This document shows positions 40,351 to 53,000 of a stretch of 64,000 nt of DNA, in pieces. The stretch's first letter is position 1, and every line of letters starts with the position of its first letter. The DNA is taken from NCBI RefSeq assembly GCF_001194135.2, contig NC_068995.1, positions 44,426,585 through 44,490,584 of the forward strand, in the 5' to 3' direction. Made by a program: the position numbers and the translations under genes. The stretch comes from Octopus bimaculoides. Its lineage: Eukaryota. The notes under the pieces were generated by a model. That model was not told where the DNA came from. It was given only the letters and a program-made list of their open reading frames with translations, and made no database searches.

Positions 40351-41663
40351 AAAAATTAAGTACTAGTGTTTGTCTATTGGCTTGACCAACTGATTGAGTA
40401 GCAGTGAGATTTTTAATGTTCTGCAACTTAGTAGATCAATACACAAATACCAATGGTATAAGTACCCTTCTTGGAAGCGAGGAGGGCTTGGCATCAGGGG
40501 AAAACATATGACCAAAGAATTCTGGAATTTTAGTAATGACAACAGGGCTATCTGAGCATGCACACTGTTAGACTTTCAGACGAAGGTTCCTTGTTAATAT
40601 CTCATCATTGGCATTGCTTTAAGAAGGCACCACAAGCAGTGCTATCTTAAAGCATCTACACTTTGGGCAGTTGTCTGAGCCCCCACCACCAACCTCACTT
40701 CCACAAGTCTGGTACATGGAAACTTTGCAGAAGCCCGTCATAAAATATATGTGTGTGTGTCTGTGTGCATCTTTATATTGGTTTTTCAACTCTTGATAAA
40801 CAAGTGTTGGTTTATTTACATCCCCTCAACTTATCACAGCTTAGTAAAAAGAGACCGATAGAATTAACATCAGACTTCAAAGTATACACTGGTCTTGATT
40901 TAATCTAGTAAAGCCATCAAAGAAATACTCCAGCATGACCACAGTCTATCGACTGAAAAAAGTACAAGCATTCAAAATACTTTTTAAATCTTTTACTTGT
41001 TTCAGTCATTACACTGTGGCCATGCTGGAGTACTCCCTTGAAGAATTTTGGTCAAACTTATTGATCCCAGTACTTATTGTGTGTGTGTATATATACATAT
41101 ACATACATATAGAGGGGCTGTGTAAGTAGCTTGCTTACCAACCATATGGTTCCGGGTTCAGTCCCACTGCATAGCACCTTGGGCAAGTGTCTTCTACTAT
41201 AGTTTCGGGTCGACCAAAGCCTTGTGAGTGGATTTGGTAGACGGAAACTGAAAGAAGCCCGTCGTATATATAAATATATATATGTGTGTGTGTGTGTGTG
41301 TATATGTTTGTGTCTCTGTGTTTGTCCCCCCCCCCCCNNNNNNNNNNNNNNNNNNNNNNNNNNNNNNNNNNNNNNNNNNNNNNNNNNNNNNNNNNNNNNN
41401 NNNNNNNNNNNNNNNNNNNNNNNNNNNNNNNNNNNNNNNNNNNNNNNNNNNNNNNNNNNNNNNNNNNNNNNNNNAACATCGCTTGACAACCGATGCTGGT
41501 GTGTTTACGTTCCCGTAACTTAGCGGTTCGGCAAAAAAAGACCGCTAGAATAAGTACTAGGCTTACAAAGAATAAGTCCTGGGGGCGATTTGCTCGACTA
41601 AAGGCGGTGCCCCAGCATAGCCACAGTCAAATGACTGAAACAAGTAAAAGAGTATATACATAC

Positions 41664-41713
<50 letters not shown>

Positions 41714-42454
41714 GGGCATATATATTTAAACGTACACATATCTAAATACATAAACCCATATATCCACATAAACACGTACACACACACAGATTGATAGATA
41801 TATGCAGATATGTATGTATATATGTATGTATGTATACGCCCATACATTTATGCATGCATAACACATTATATGTGAGTGTATATGTGCATCAGCACCTTAT
41901 GTTGTTACCTTTGTAGGTTCTCATTTAACAAAAAAAAAAAAAGAGAAAAAGAAAACACTCAATTGTATGCACTGAGTGCTACTCGTCTCGTTCGTAAAAG
42001 TAAAGTAACGTATATGTCTATCCACAAACATTACATCCTCCATTTGTAGGTGACTCCATCCTACCAATCTGCGATCATATATTATTGTATGAATGTCTAA
42101 CTATAACTTATTATTATATACATCCTAGTAAGTTGATTACATAAATAACTCCAATAGAGTGCCGACAATATTTCATGTTGCTATACATTACTTTACTACA
42201 CTTCCCTCAACTGACTGTCTGCCTCTCATCCCAATTAGTTTTTTCTTTATTATGGACTTTAATAGCAGATGTTAAGCTGTGTTGATCTGTGCGACATTTA
42301 TCATGTAACGTTATCATCCTTAGGTAAAATATTCACTATGTTATTTTACGTAATCGAGCGGCGACAGTTACCATGGTGCAGTGCTAATTTTAAATCGGCC
42401 CTCACATACATACATACATACATATATACACACATTTTATATACATTTACATAC

Positions 42455-42487
<33 letters not shown>

Positions 42488-45400
42488 CTCATACATATAT
42501 ATATACATATATATATACTTAAATATATATATATAAGTATATATATATATATACATATATATATATGTGTGTGTGTGTGTGTATATNNNNNNNNNNNNNN
42601 NNNNNNNNNNNNNNNNNNNNNNNNNNNNNNNNNNNNNNNNNNNNNNNNNNNNNNNNNNNNNNNNNNNNNNNNNNNNNNNNNNNNNNTATATATATACACA
42701 TATATATACACACATATATATATATATACACATATACACTAAGCAGATCTATGATCAAAGGCGTCCCAACCACGACCACATCGTCTCACACAGTTTAATA
42801 ATGACCTTGTTTTAAGACAAGTGTGATTTGGCTGATATTTCTAGCAGGTTGGCTACAACACAGGTTCGAGTTCTTTAGTTCGTAGTGTGCGATGTGTATG
42901 AGAGAAAGAGAGAGAAACGAACAGTCAGGCAGAGAGAGGAGGAACAGCGGAATTTGAAGAAGTATGTAACAAATGTTTGAAGAATTTAATTAAAAGTAGG
43001 CGTTCCTTTGGGGTCACAGTGTCGGGGAACGAACATAAACAGCGCACGACTCTAAGTCGCTGGAGCCGCTAGAAATAGGAACCAAATCTCCCATCCTTCC
43101 GTCTTAAAAGGAAATATTAATCTGGAAAAAATTCGGAGTGGCCATGGCTGGAACGCATTTGATTATATATCTGACCTGGGGCAAAACAATACCATGCGTT
43201 AATTAGAACGGAATCAGAACTAACCAACACACACGTGTGTGTGTGTGTGTGTGTGTTCGTGTAATAGCTATTCGCAGTTACGAAAACGGGAAGACCACTA
43301 CCAGAGTACGCAAAATTGGAAAGATATTGTACGAAGGTGCCGAAATTATAGTATCTAGTCGACAGCTGTTGAAGAGAATGTCACAAATGTTGCCGCTGTG
43401 TGTGTATAAGTCGAAATTTTTTACTACATGACGTTGGAACGTACTTCACTGAAATGATTCTGTAACAATATTAGTTACAAATATCGAACCAATTTAGAAC
43501 CAGAGAACAGAGAGATTTATTTAAAATGTCTCTAGCTTGAGTTAGGATCGAAATGGGGATCGATGATTTTGCTTATCTCTTTCCATGGAGTAGATAAAAT
43601 GAGCTGGCAGTGATGTAACACAGGTTTATACAATATCTGTCTTTGAGCGAATATAGGAAAGACAGTTGATAGCAAGTCAGAACGTAAGCAAATATTGAAG
43701 AAAGAAAAAAAAAAAAAAAATTAAATTCAGTCAAATTAATTGTTACTTAACGTTATTGTAAAGTAAAGGGCGGAGATCGTTATCTGTGACATACATATAA
43801 AATAGATTGGGGGAGGGTTAAACAGAACAGAAGCCATAGGATTTCATTTTCCATCATTGAAGTCTAGTTAAGTGTAAGGATTTTAATAACACCTACGGAC
43901 GTTACAACTACCATTATAAACTTGAAATAAGTGGCAGGTTTAGGTAAGAGAAATCGTGTTTTTCATCACTGAGGAAAAGCACGAATATCACAACATAACC
44001 ATGTCTCGCCTCCTCCTTCTAATGCTATTACGTCTCTCTCTCTCTCTATGTATAGTTTTATACAAATGTTATATAAAACTATCTTCTTTGAACTACGAAA
44101 ACTTCAATCGCATCGTTACTGTTAATAGAGGGTATCTTAATTAGACATTGACATGACGTGCGTGTGTGTGAGCGAGAGAGAGAGAAAGAGGTGGGTGTGT
44201 CGGTTAGTTCGGTGCCTCGTAAATTTGAGTTAGAGTTCGACAGAAAAAAATAAATAAAATAGAATAAAACAACCACCAGTTGTGTAAGCCATCGGTTAGC
44301 CTTGTTAATTGCTTCCCGAGAGTCTAAAATAGCAGTAATATTCTCGGATGTATTTCTAAGTCTCCACCACCGCCACCTGACACTCGAGCTTCAGAACAAC
44401 GACTCTATCGATAAATGAATGATAGCAAATTACTTTCATCGGATAAGTCATAATCTTTTAATAGTTCCCTCGAATGTACGACTGCTTCTTCGCTAGTTGT
44501 ACAAATCACGTTTACAAATTACGTCTGTGCAATGAAGAAATATAGAACATTATTCATCGAGACTTGGTACTTCCCAATTTGAGACATTCTGTCGGAATGT
44601 TATATATATATATATCCAAAGACTAACCGTTTATATGGCGTAATCCAGTAAATCATACAGTTTGTAACACAGATTCAGCCAATGCTATAATGGTCACTGT
44701 GTCCAACAAAGTGTAGACACCTATTTTTGACTTGGAGTAGAGCGTGGTGTTTGGATTAAAGCAATATTCTAGAGCCTAAGTAACATCAATGTAGCTTAAT
44801 GACCATAACATAATTTAAATGTAATCAATTGTATGCTGATATGTTATGGTAAAAATTCGGTCTTATGATTGTTAGATGTCTAGAAGCCTTGAAGAAACAA
44901 AAACTATAAATCCAAGATAATGTACACTGAAACAGTAGCCAACCTTGTCTGTATCAATTAGTCTTAGAAGAATATAGATTGTATGAGTATGTATGAATGT
45001 AGAGGTTTGTAGACGGTGTGACATACATTCAAACTTTATATTTGATGATTTTTCTAGTAAGTTACAAAACTGGTCAAGGTTCACATTACGTATAGATCAA
45101 GTTAAACCCTACATTGTCGCTTCAGTGTCGAGACGTCAACGAACCAGTAATACTCCAGGGTCGACTGAGATGACGATACCCACCCACACAAAAAAAAACA
45201 AAAAACAGGCTTATGTCAGGTGAAAGGAAGGGGGATCAGGGTGAAGTAAGTAATAAAATTAGTGAAGCTATATGTTGATATAGTGTATGGTGGATAATAT
45301 ATTAGCGAAACATAAAGAGGGGAGAGACAGTTGCTACATGTTTCATCCCCGATTTCAATATATCCAACAAAATCATCACATGATAGGTTAACCCACCCAC

Positions 45401-45590
45401 AAATTGTTTACAAAATAGCAAACACCCACCTCGATATATTGAACATAGAAGCTTTTAAATTAATAAAGACACAGATTAGATGGTAAAATATATGTTTCAC
45501 ATGAATATAGAATGTAGTGGTGGTGGTGCGTGTCAGTGTAAAATTGATTTTAGAAAGAGAGATAAGAGAGAAGACAAGAATTTGACTCAC

Positions 45591-45700
45591 CATTTTGTGA
45601 CCAGAAGTCGAGTTTGTCCATCAAACCTTGCTCAAAATGGCTGATCTCACACGGTAACGAGACTTCGTTGTCCGCCGCCACCTTCCAATTTTTCAATTAT
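45591..45700 (-). other. Orphan first exon ending in a lone start codon (cacaaaATG|gtgagt), divergent from U1A/SNF
   Basis: ATG at 45593-45591 with a strong context and a consensus donor, plus a YY1-like gccatttt upstream. The 5' boundary is approximate. Confidence 0.65.
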
Positions 45701-45880
45701 CAAACTCGTTATATTTTTAATCGAATTCTAAATATATTTCTTTCATTTGAATAAAGAGTTATAAAAATATAGTAGTAATTAAATAAATTTATCAAAAATC
45801 AATAAACTTTACCAAACAGGAAGTGAACGGATGACCCACGAGGCAGAGAGAAAAGCTGCTGTTTGTATTTGCTCTTCCGT
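45630..45880. promoter_or_regulatory. Putative bidirectional promoter
   Basis: YY1-like caaaatggc (45633-45641) and ETS caggaagtg (45817-45825). It is flanked by divergent consensus donors at 45590(-) and 46009(+). Confidence 0.6.
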
Positions 45881-45898
45881 GTGTTGAATAATACATAC

Positions 45899-45932
<34 letters not shown>

Positions 45933-46008
45933 TTATTTAGCACATATTGTTGCTGATATACACTTGAATATCTAAGTACAGTTGTTCATCATATATTTCT
46001 GTTAAAAG
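45830..46008 (+). other. SNRPA: Candidate non-coding exon 1 of U1A/SNF
   Basis: Donor AAG|gtgagt at 46008/46009. The next acceptor is ttttccag|46999. The start is approximate. Confidence 0.55.
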
Positions 46009-46093
46009 GTGAGTATTGATTCATTTATCAGATTTTATTCAGCAATTTTGAACTATTAACCGAATTTACCTCGATATGGCGTCGATTTCACTT

Positions 46094-46155
<62 letters not shown>

Positions 46156-47013
46156 CTTTATATGATCTGCAACGTGTGTGTATGTGCATATATATATATA
46201 TATATAAATAAATAAATATAGGTACTACTATAGACTATATATTATTAATTTAAAATACAGAGATGCCTATAGTAAGACATCTAACCCGCCAGAAAGAGCA
46301 GCCAAAAACTCTATACCACAATTAGGAATTATATAGCTTGCGCGGGTGCGCGTTGGGGACCATTCTTCTTTAGTGGTACCTATATATCCTAAATTTTGTG
46401 CAGATCTACGTATATCTCGTCTATAATTTCATTGTTTTACATAAGCTAAGTCTGAAACAACCGTTATTTTATATTTATTGAAAAAGAGCAACTAACTAGT
46501 AACATACAAGGGTCCCGGAATATTGACTTAACGTTACGAGGGGGTCAGACTCAATTTTTTTAAAGAAATACGAAATTTGCGTATGCCTTAAACAGTCTAT
46601 TGTTTTAGAATTATTTCGGTATTCTTTCGATTCAAGAATTCACAGAGGATGTTGTTGGGGGGGGGGGTCCTTGTATCCCACTAAACAAAGTGGTAAAATA
46701 GTAGGGGGTGGGAGAAGAATTCTTTAAATAAATAAAACTGAGGTCTGTTCCCATCCCCAGTTGTAATACAAGGGGGAACACTGATATTCTTATGAAATTT
46801 TAATCAACCGGGGACCCTGCATTGAGACAGTTTATACATGAGCTCATACACTTGTGCGTTTGAATAAGCTTTTTTAAAGGAAATTTTAAGTTAACAATTT
46901 GAAATCGATGTCATATATTCTACAGTCAACAACAATCCCTACTTCTTGAAACTCTCTAGTAATTAATTCTACTAATATTTCTTAAATTTCTTTTCCAGCC
47001 ATTTTCAACCACT

Positions 47014-47077
47014 ATGGACATCAGACCAAACCACACAATTTATATTAACAATTTGAATGAAAGTATTAAGAAAGATG
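47014..47077 (+). CDS. SNRPA: U1A/SNF coding exon (MDIRPNH...IKKD)
   Basis: ATG at 47014; G|gtaagt. Confidence 0.95.
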
Positions 47078-50000
47078 GTAAGTCGACTAGCTTTGCTTTG
47101 GAATTTAGTGAAGTATCATTCAGATGGTAACAGATTAACAAGGACCTAAAGACAAACTAGATTTCTTTTACAGGTCCAATAATTTGGGTGGTGATTAGAA
47201 GTTCCCATTATGTAATAACATTCCAGTATGTGGATTACTACAACTCTTGAAGTGTATTTAATGTAAGAACCTGGAATTTTGGGTTTCATAAATTCTTTTG
47301 GAGCCCCATCACATCTTCACTTTCTTTTGCTCACTCCAACTGAGTAGCCCCATATCTCCTCTACTGCAAGACCTTTATTTCTGTCCCTCTTCATACTATT
47401 AACCTCATCGCCTGGCACAAAGCCATCTCCTTCAATACTGCTACCCAAGAAGTTTTGCAAGTAACTTGGTGATGTCACTGCTGCCAATGCCATCATCATC
47501 ATCGTTGTTTAACGTCCGCTTTCCATGCTAGCATGGGTTGGACGATTTGACTGAGGACTGGTAAAACCAGATGGCTACACCAGGCTGCAATCTGATTTGG
47601 CAGAGTTTCTACAGCTGGGTGCCCTTCCTAACGCCAACCACTCCGAGAGTGTAGTGGGTGCTTTTACATGCCACCGGCATGAAGGCCAGTCAGGCGGTAC
47701 TGGCAACGGCCATGCTCAAAGTGGTGTATTTTACGTGCCACCTGCACAGGAGCCAGGAAGGCGATGCTGGGCACAGGTGCCATGACGGTTTCGCTTTCGC
47801 TTGCCCCACGTTTCCAATGAAGGAGACGACGTTGGCATGGGTGCCATGTAAAATGCATTCAGTACACTGTAAAGTGGTTGGCATCATGAAGAACGTCCAA
47901 CTGTAGAAAGTGTATGCTAAAACAGGTAGTAGAGATTGGTACAAGTTTTCTCACTTGCCTACTCCTGTCTCACTGCCCAACCCATGCCAGCATGGAAGGG
48001 AAGACATTGGATAATAATGATTCTACATTACGTTGCTTTGTCATGTTTGTTAGCCTTAATTTACTTCTGCTAACTCTTGATCTACATCCAATCTTTTCTA
48101 TTCTCCAATATATTTTTATATTTCTATAATTCTCTGATTGTACTCTGTATTTTTTTTTTTTCAGAACTAAAGAAATCTTTATATGCAATTTTCTCACAAT
48201 TTGGCCAAATTCTTGACATTGTTGCCTTAAAAACTTTGAAATGTCGAGGACAAGCTTTTGTAATTTTTAAAGACATCAACAGTGCCACAAATGCTCTCCG
48301 GTCAATGCAAGGCTTCCCGTTCTATGACAAACCAATGGTAAGATCAACATTTCATGTCTTCTTAATGTGTGTTTGTGTCTTTCTTACATGTGGCTAGATT
48401 TTATCAATTCTTAATCATCATTAATGCCTGGTTCTTTAAGCTTGCATGGGTCAGGTAGATTTTATGCAGCCAGATACCCCTTCCTGTTGCCAATCCTCCC
48501 CTGTTCCTAAGCAAAGTAATATTTCACCATGGAGGACAGTATATGAACAACATGGCTCATATGACAGTGATACTCATTTGCAATCATCATAGGATGTCTA
48601 CCCAAGGGGTACACACACACACGACAGCTTCTTTCAGTTTCTATGTACCAAATCTATCCACAAGGCCTTGGTCAGCCTGGGACTCTAATAGAAGACATCT
48701 TATGACCACTTATGTTTGGGAAACAAGCTTTTCAACCACACAGCCATGTCTGTACCTTCAACATGTACATATAAACGAGGTAGTGAGCTAGCAGAATTGT
48801 TAACATGTCAGATGAAATACTTAACAGCATTTCATTCATCTTTATGTTTTGAGTTCAATTTCCACCAATGTCGACTTTGCTTTTCATCCTTTAGGGGTTG
48901 ATATAATCAGCTTATGCCCCTCCCCTGAAATTACTGGCCCTGTGCCAAGTTTTGAAATCAATATACACATATAGAATTACACTGTCTGGTCAAAATCTTT
49001 GTTTTGCCTTTCTTTATGAAATCCTTAATATACAGGATTTGTCCTCTTTTTAATTCTTTTGATACCAAAAGAACTTGATGATACCCCAACTTCTATTTAA
49101 AAGGATCTGAATTAAAACCATTCCACAATCATTTATTTTCCAACTATCAGCTTAAGAATGGTAAAGTTATTTCACTAAATTTGTATCTCTTTTCTAAATT
49201 AATTGAAATACATTCACTGTGTTTTTGCAAGAATATTCTGCTTCTAATCACACTATAGTTTGGTTTAGAATTTTGCTTTACAACCACATCTTTGGCGTTA
49301 GGAAGGGCATCCAGCTGTAGAAACTCTGTCAAATCAGACTGGAGCCTGGTGTTGCCATCCGGTTTCACCAGTCCTCAGTCAAATCGTCCAACCCATGCTA
49401 GCATGGAAAGCGGACGTTAAACGATGATGATGATGATGATGATGATGTTAGCAAAAGGGCTAAGGACCCTATTATGTAGCTTTAGTCTTGTCTTTTCAAA
49501 CTGGAATGTATCCTTGATTTTGTATTTTTACTTGAAAAATAATAATAAATGGCTAATGTTTTCATTTGTTTTACCAGAGAATACAGTATTCCAAGAAAGA
49601 TTCTGATATCATTGCGAAGATGAAAGGTACCTATACAGAAAGACCAAAAAAGAAAAAAGATGATGAGCCAGAAAATAAGAAACGCAAGAAGGGAGCTTCC
49701 CAACAGGCTGTTGCCGCTGCTGCTAAGTGAGTCGGGGTTGTTTATTTATTTATTTTTTTATGTTACACTTCTTCATATTATATCGTATCTTAAAGCGTCC
49801 AAAGATGGCTGACCTGTCTCTCCAGGGATAAGAAATACTTCCAGCTGTAAGCAATTGTTGAGTCTGTATAAAGACCCAAATTCGTCACATAGTTGTATGG
49901 TTAAGAATTTTGCTTCACAGCCACATGATTCCTGGTTCAATTCCATTGTGCAGTTCCAGGTTTTTTTGGGGTTTTTTACTGCTGTTAAAGCCCACAATAT

Positions 50001-53000
50001 AGATCAAGTAATAAACTATCAATGGAACCTCTTTATGAATGCTTGATCTGCTAAATGTAGCAAGCTATTCTGCTTCTAATCACACTATAGTTTGGTTAAG
50101 AATTTTGCTTTACAACCACATGGTTCCTGGTTCAATTCCATTGTGTAGTTTGTTTTTTGTACTGCTGTTATAGCTCACAGTATAAACCAAGTAATAACCC
50201 AACATAGAAACCTCTTAATGGTTCCTTGATCTACTAATAGTTTCAACCAATTCTGCTTCTAATCACACCTTGCAGTTTTAAAGAAAAAATCACATGGGAT
50301 TGTCATGGGTGGGACGCCTTTGATTTAAAGGGCCTGCTGGGTTAAGATTGACTTGGGCTTGAACAAAAATTGAAGTGAAGTTGTCAAATGTTTTGATTAA
50401 AAACAGCTTTTTATGTCTTTTTTTAATTTTTTTATTGATCTGATATTATAAGCTATGTTTATGTTCCAGGGCCCAGGCAGCTGGTGTAGTACCACCTCCT
50501 ATCCAACCCATTTCAGCAATGGCTGGTCAACCAGTTCCTCAACAACCTGTACTACAACAATTACAGCAGCCAGTTGTTCAAAGTAAGTGATTGTTTATCA
50601 TTCATACTGTATAATCATCATCATCATTATCAATACTTGGAACTCAGTGTCTTCATTCAAATGCTGTTGTGCTTCCATGAATAAGGAAGTGTTTCTGTGG
50701 TCATAGCTTTTAGTTTTTTCTCAAACTTCCATCTCGTTATTTTCCCCCGTTTTTATGACCTAAACTCTTTTCAAGTCTAAAGTAAATTCATTCCTTTCGT
50801 CTTAATTTCTCCGTCTTCATAGTCCCTTACATTGAGTGGCTTCTTGCCTTGTTTGGAATTTTCAATTAAAACAATAAAGGGACCATTGACCGAGTAATGG
50901 CTGTTGACCAGTGCTGGCAGGAGTGGACATCTCTTTGTGGTTAAGAAGCTTGCTTCCTAACCATTTGGTTTTGGACTCGGTCTCATTTTGTAACACCTTA
51001 GGCAAATATCTTCAACTAGACCCTTAGGAGCCTTGTGGATTTGGTAGGTAGAAACTGAAAGAAGCCTGGTATGTGTGTGTGTGTGTGTGTGTTTATATTC
51101 ATGTCTCAACACCCTGTGATGGTTGTAAGTGTGCATCACCATCATACAAGTGATGTCGTTTGCTTCCAGTCTTCCATGTCTGGTCATGGGGAAATATTAC
51201 CTTGCATGGAAACCAGTGAGGGTTGGTAACAAGAAGGGCATCCAACCATAAAAAAAAAATCTGGCTCAAGGAATTCACCCTGACCCATGCAAGCATGACA
51301 AAGTAGATGGAGGGGTGAGAGGATATTTCTAATGAGATTTTGTTTATTACATCTAAGACAAGATGGGGGTCCCACTGCACTGATTCATCTCAACAGTTTG
51401 AGCTTCAGTACAGGCTCCACTTCTGTTTTTTTTAACATTGGTATGACTTAAGATATTACTGCAGTCTGATATAGGAGGCCCATCGCCATTGGAAGTGTCT
51501 CAAAAGTAGTTTAAAAAAAAAAAAAGGGAATCATGAATCAGTAAGACAGTTCCTAATTGGTTGATCCATTATTTATTTGTGGCATAAGCAAATAGAAAAA
51601 TTGATTTAAACAATGTGAAGGCACATGGCTTAGTGGTTAGGGTGTTGGACTCCTGATTGTAAGATTGTGGTTTCAATTCCTGGACTGGGCATTGTGTTGT
51701 GTTTTTGAGCAAAACACTTCGTTCCTTGTTGCTCCTTTCCACTCAACTGGTAAAATCGAGTAGTCCTGTGATAGACCAGCACCCTGTCCACAGAGGAGTG
51801 TATACACCAGAAAAACCAGGAAACTGTCCCTATGCTCCTTACAGAGTAGTGTGGACTACCCAATATATTTCAACAGGAATATGGTAAATGGTTGGTCATG
51901 ACTAGAACATCTTTGGTCATGTCTGCTCATTCATAGTTAAGCTCAAGCCTGTGGAGGCGCAATGGTCCAGTGGTTAGGGCAGTGGACTCATGGTCATAGG
52001 ATCGTGCTTTCGATTCCCAGACCGGGCGTTGTGAGTGTTTATTGAGCGAAAACACCTAAAGCTCCACGAGGCTCCGGTAGGGGATGGTAGCCAACCCTGC
52101 TATACTCTTTCACCACAACTTTCTCTCACTCTCTCTTCCTGTTTCTGTTGTGCCTGTAATTCAAAGGGCCAGCCTTGTCGCGCTGAATATCCCCGAAAAC
52201 TACGTTAAGGGCACACATGTCTGTGGAGTGCTCAGCCACTTGCACGTTAATTTCACGAGCAGGCTGTTCTGTTGATCAGATCAACTNNNNNNNNNNGCAC
52301 GTTAATTTCACGAGCAGGCTGTTCTGTTGATCAGATCAACTGGAACCCTCGACGTCGTAAGCGGCGGAGTGCCAACAACAACAAGTTCAAGCCAAACAGC
52401 CACAACTTAGTCTGGTGGAAGTAAATGGAATATTTCAGTAGTTTCTACAAGAATCCCCCGTTATTGTTACTGTATTTGTCTTTATCTCTAAAGTCCCATG
52501 TAACTGTGTTTAGTAACTAATTCACCCCATTTTCTATTGCAGATTCTACAAATATGGCAGCGCCAAATACCATTCCAGAACAGCCTCCTAACCAAATTCT
52601 GTTCTTAACCAACCTTCCTGAGGAAACCACAGAAATGATGTTGTCAATGTTGTTCAATCAGTAAGTCTTAGTTTCACATTGGAAGCATTTGACTTGTGTA
52701 TTTATGACAAGAGATCACCAGATTGGATAATGGACAGGCAATTAGATTTAATTAGTTGTTCATGTCCTGTTATTGCTCTGGAAATGGCACTTAACTGTCA
52801 ACAATCCAGTCCACTTAGTTGTAGCTCTGTGTCCTATGACAAGAGGTAGGTGAGGGTCACTGGATTGGATAATAGATGGACGACTAGATTAGTTGTTCAT
52901 GTTCTGTTATTTCCGTAGAAATGGCACTTAACTGTCAACAGTCCAGTCCACTTAGCTGTTAGCGGGTACCAGTGGAGTGTAACTGTACTGTATTTATGAC

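Noticed and set aside
45637-45659. Plus-strand ATGGCTGATCTCACACG|gtaacg as an extra U1A coding exon
   Set aside because: It would be out of frame with U1A. It is better explained as the YY1-like motif in the minus-strand exon.
52242-52341. 45-nt tandem duplication in a SINE
   Set aside because: It straddles a 10-N gap; assembly artifact.
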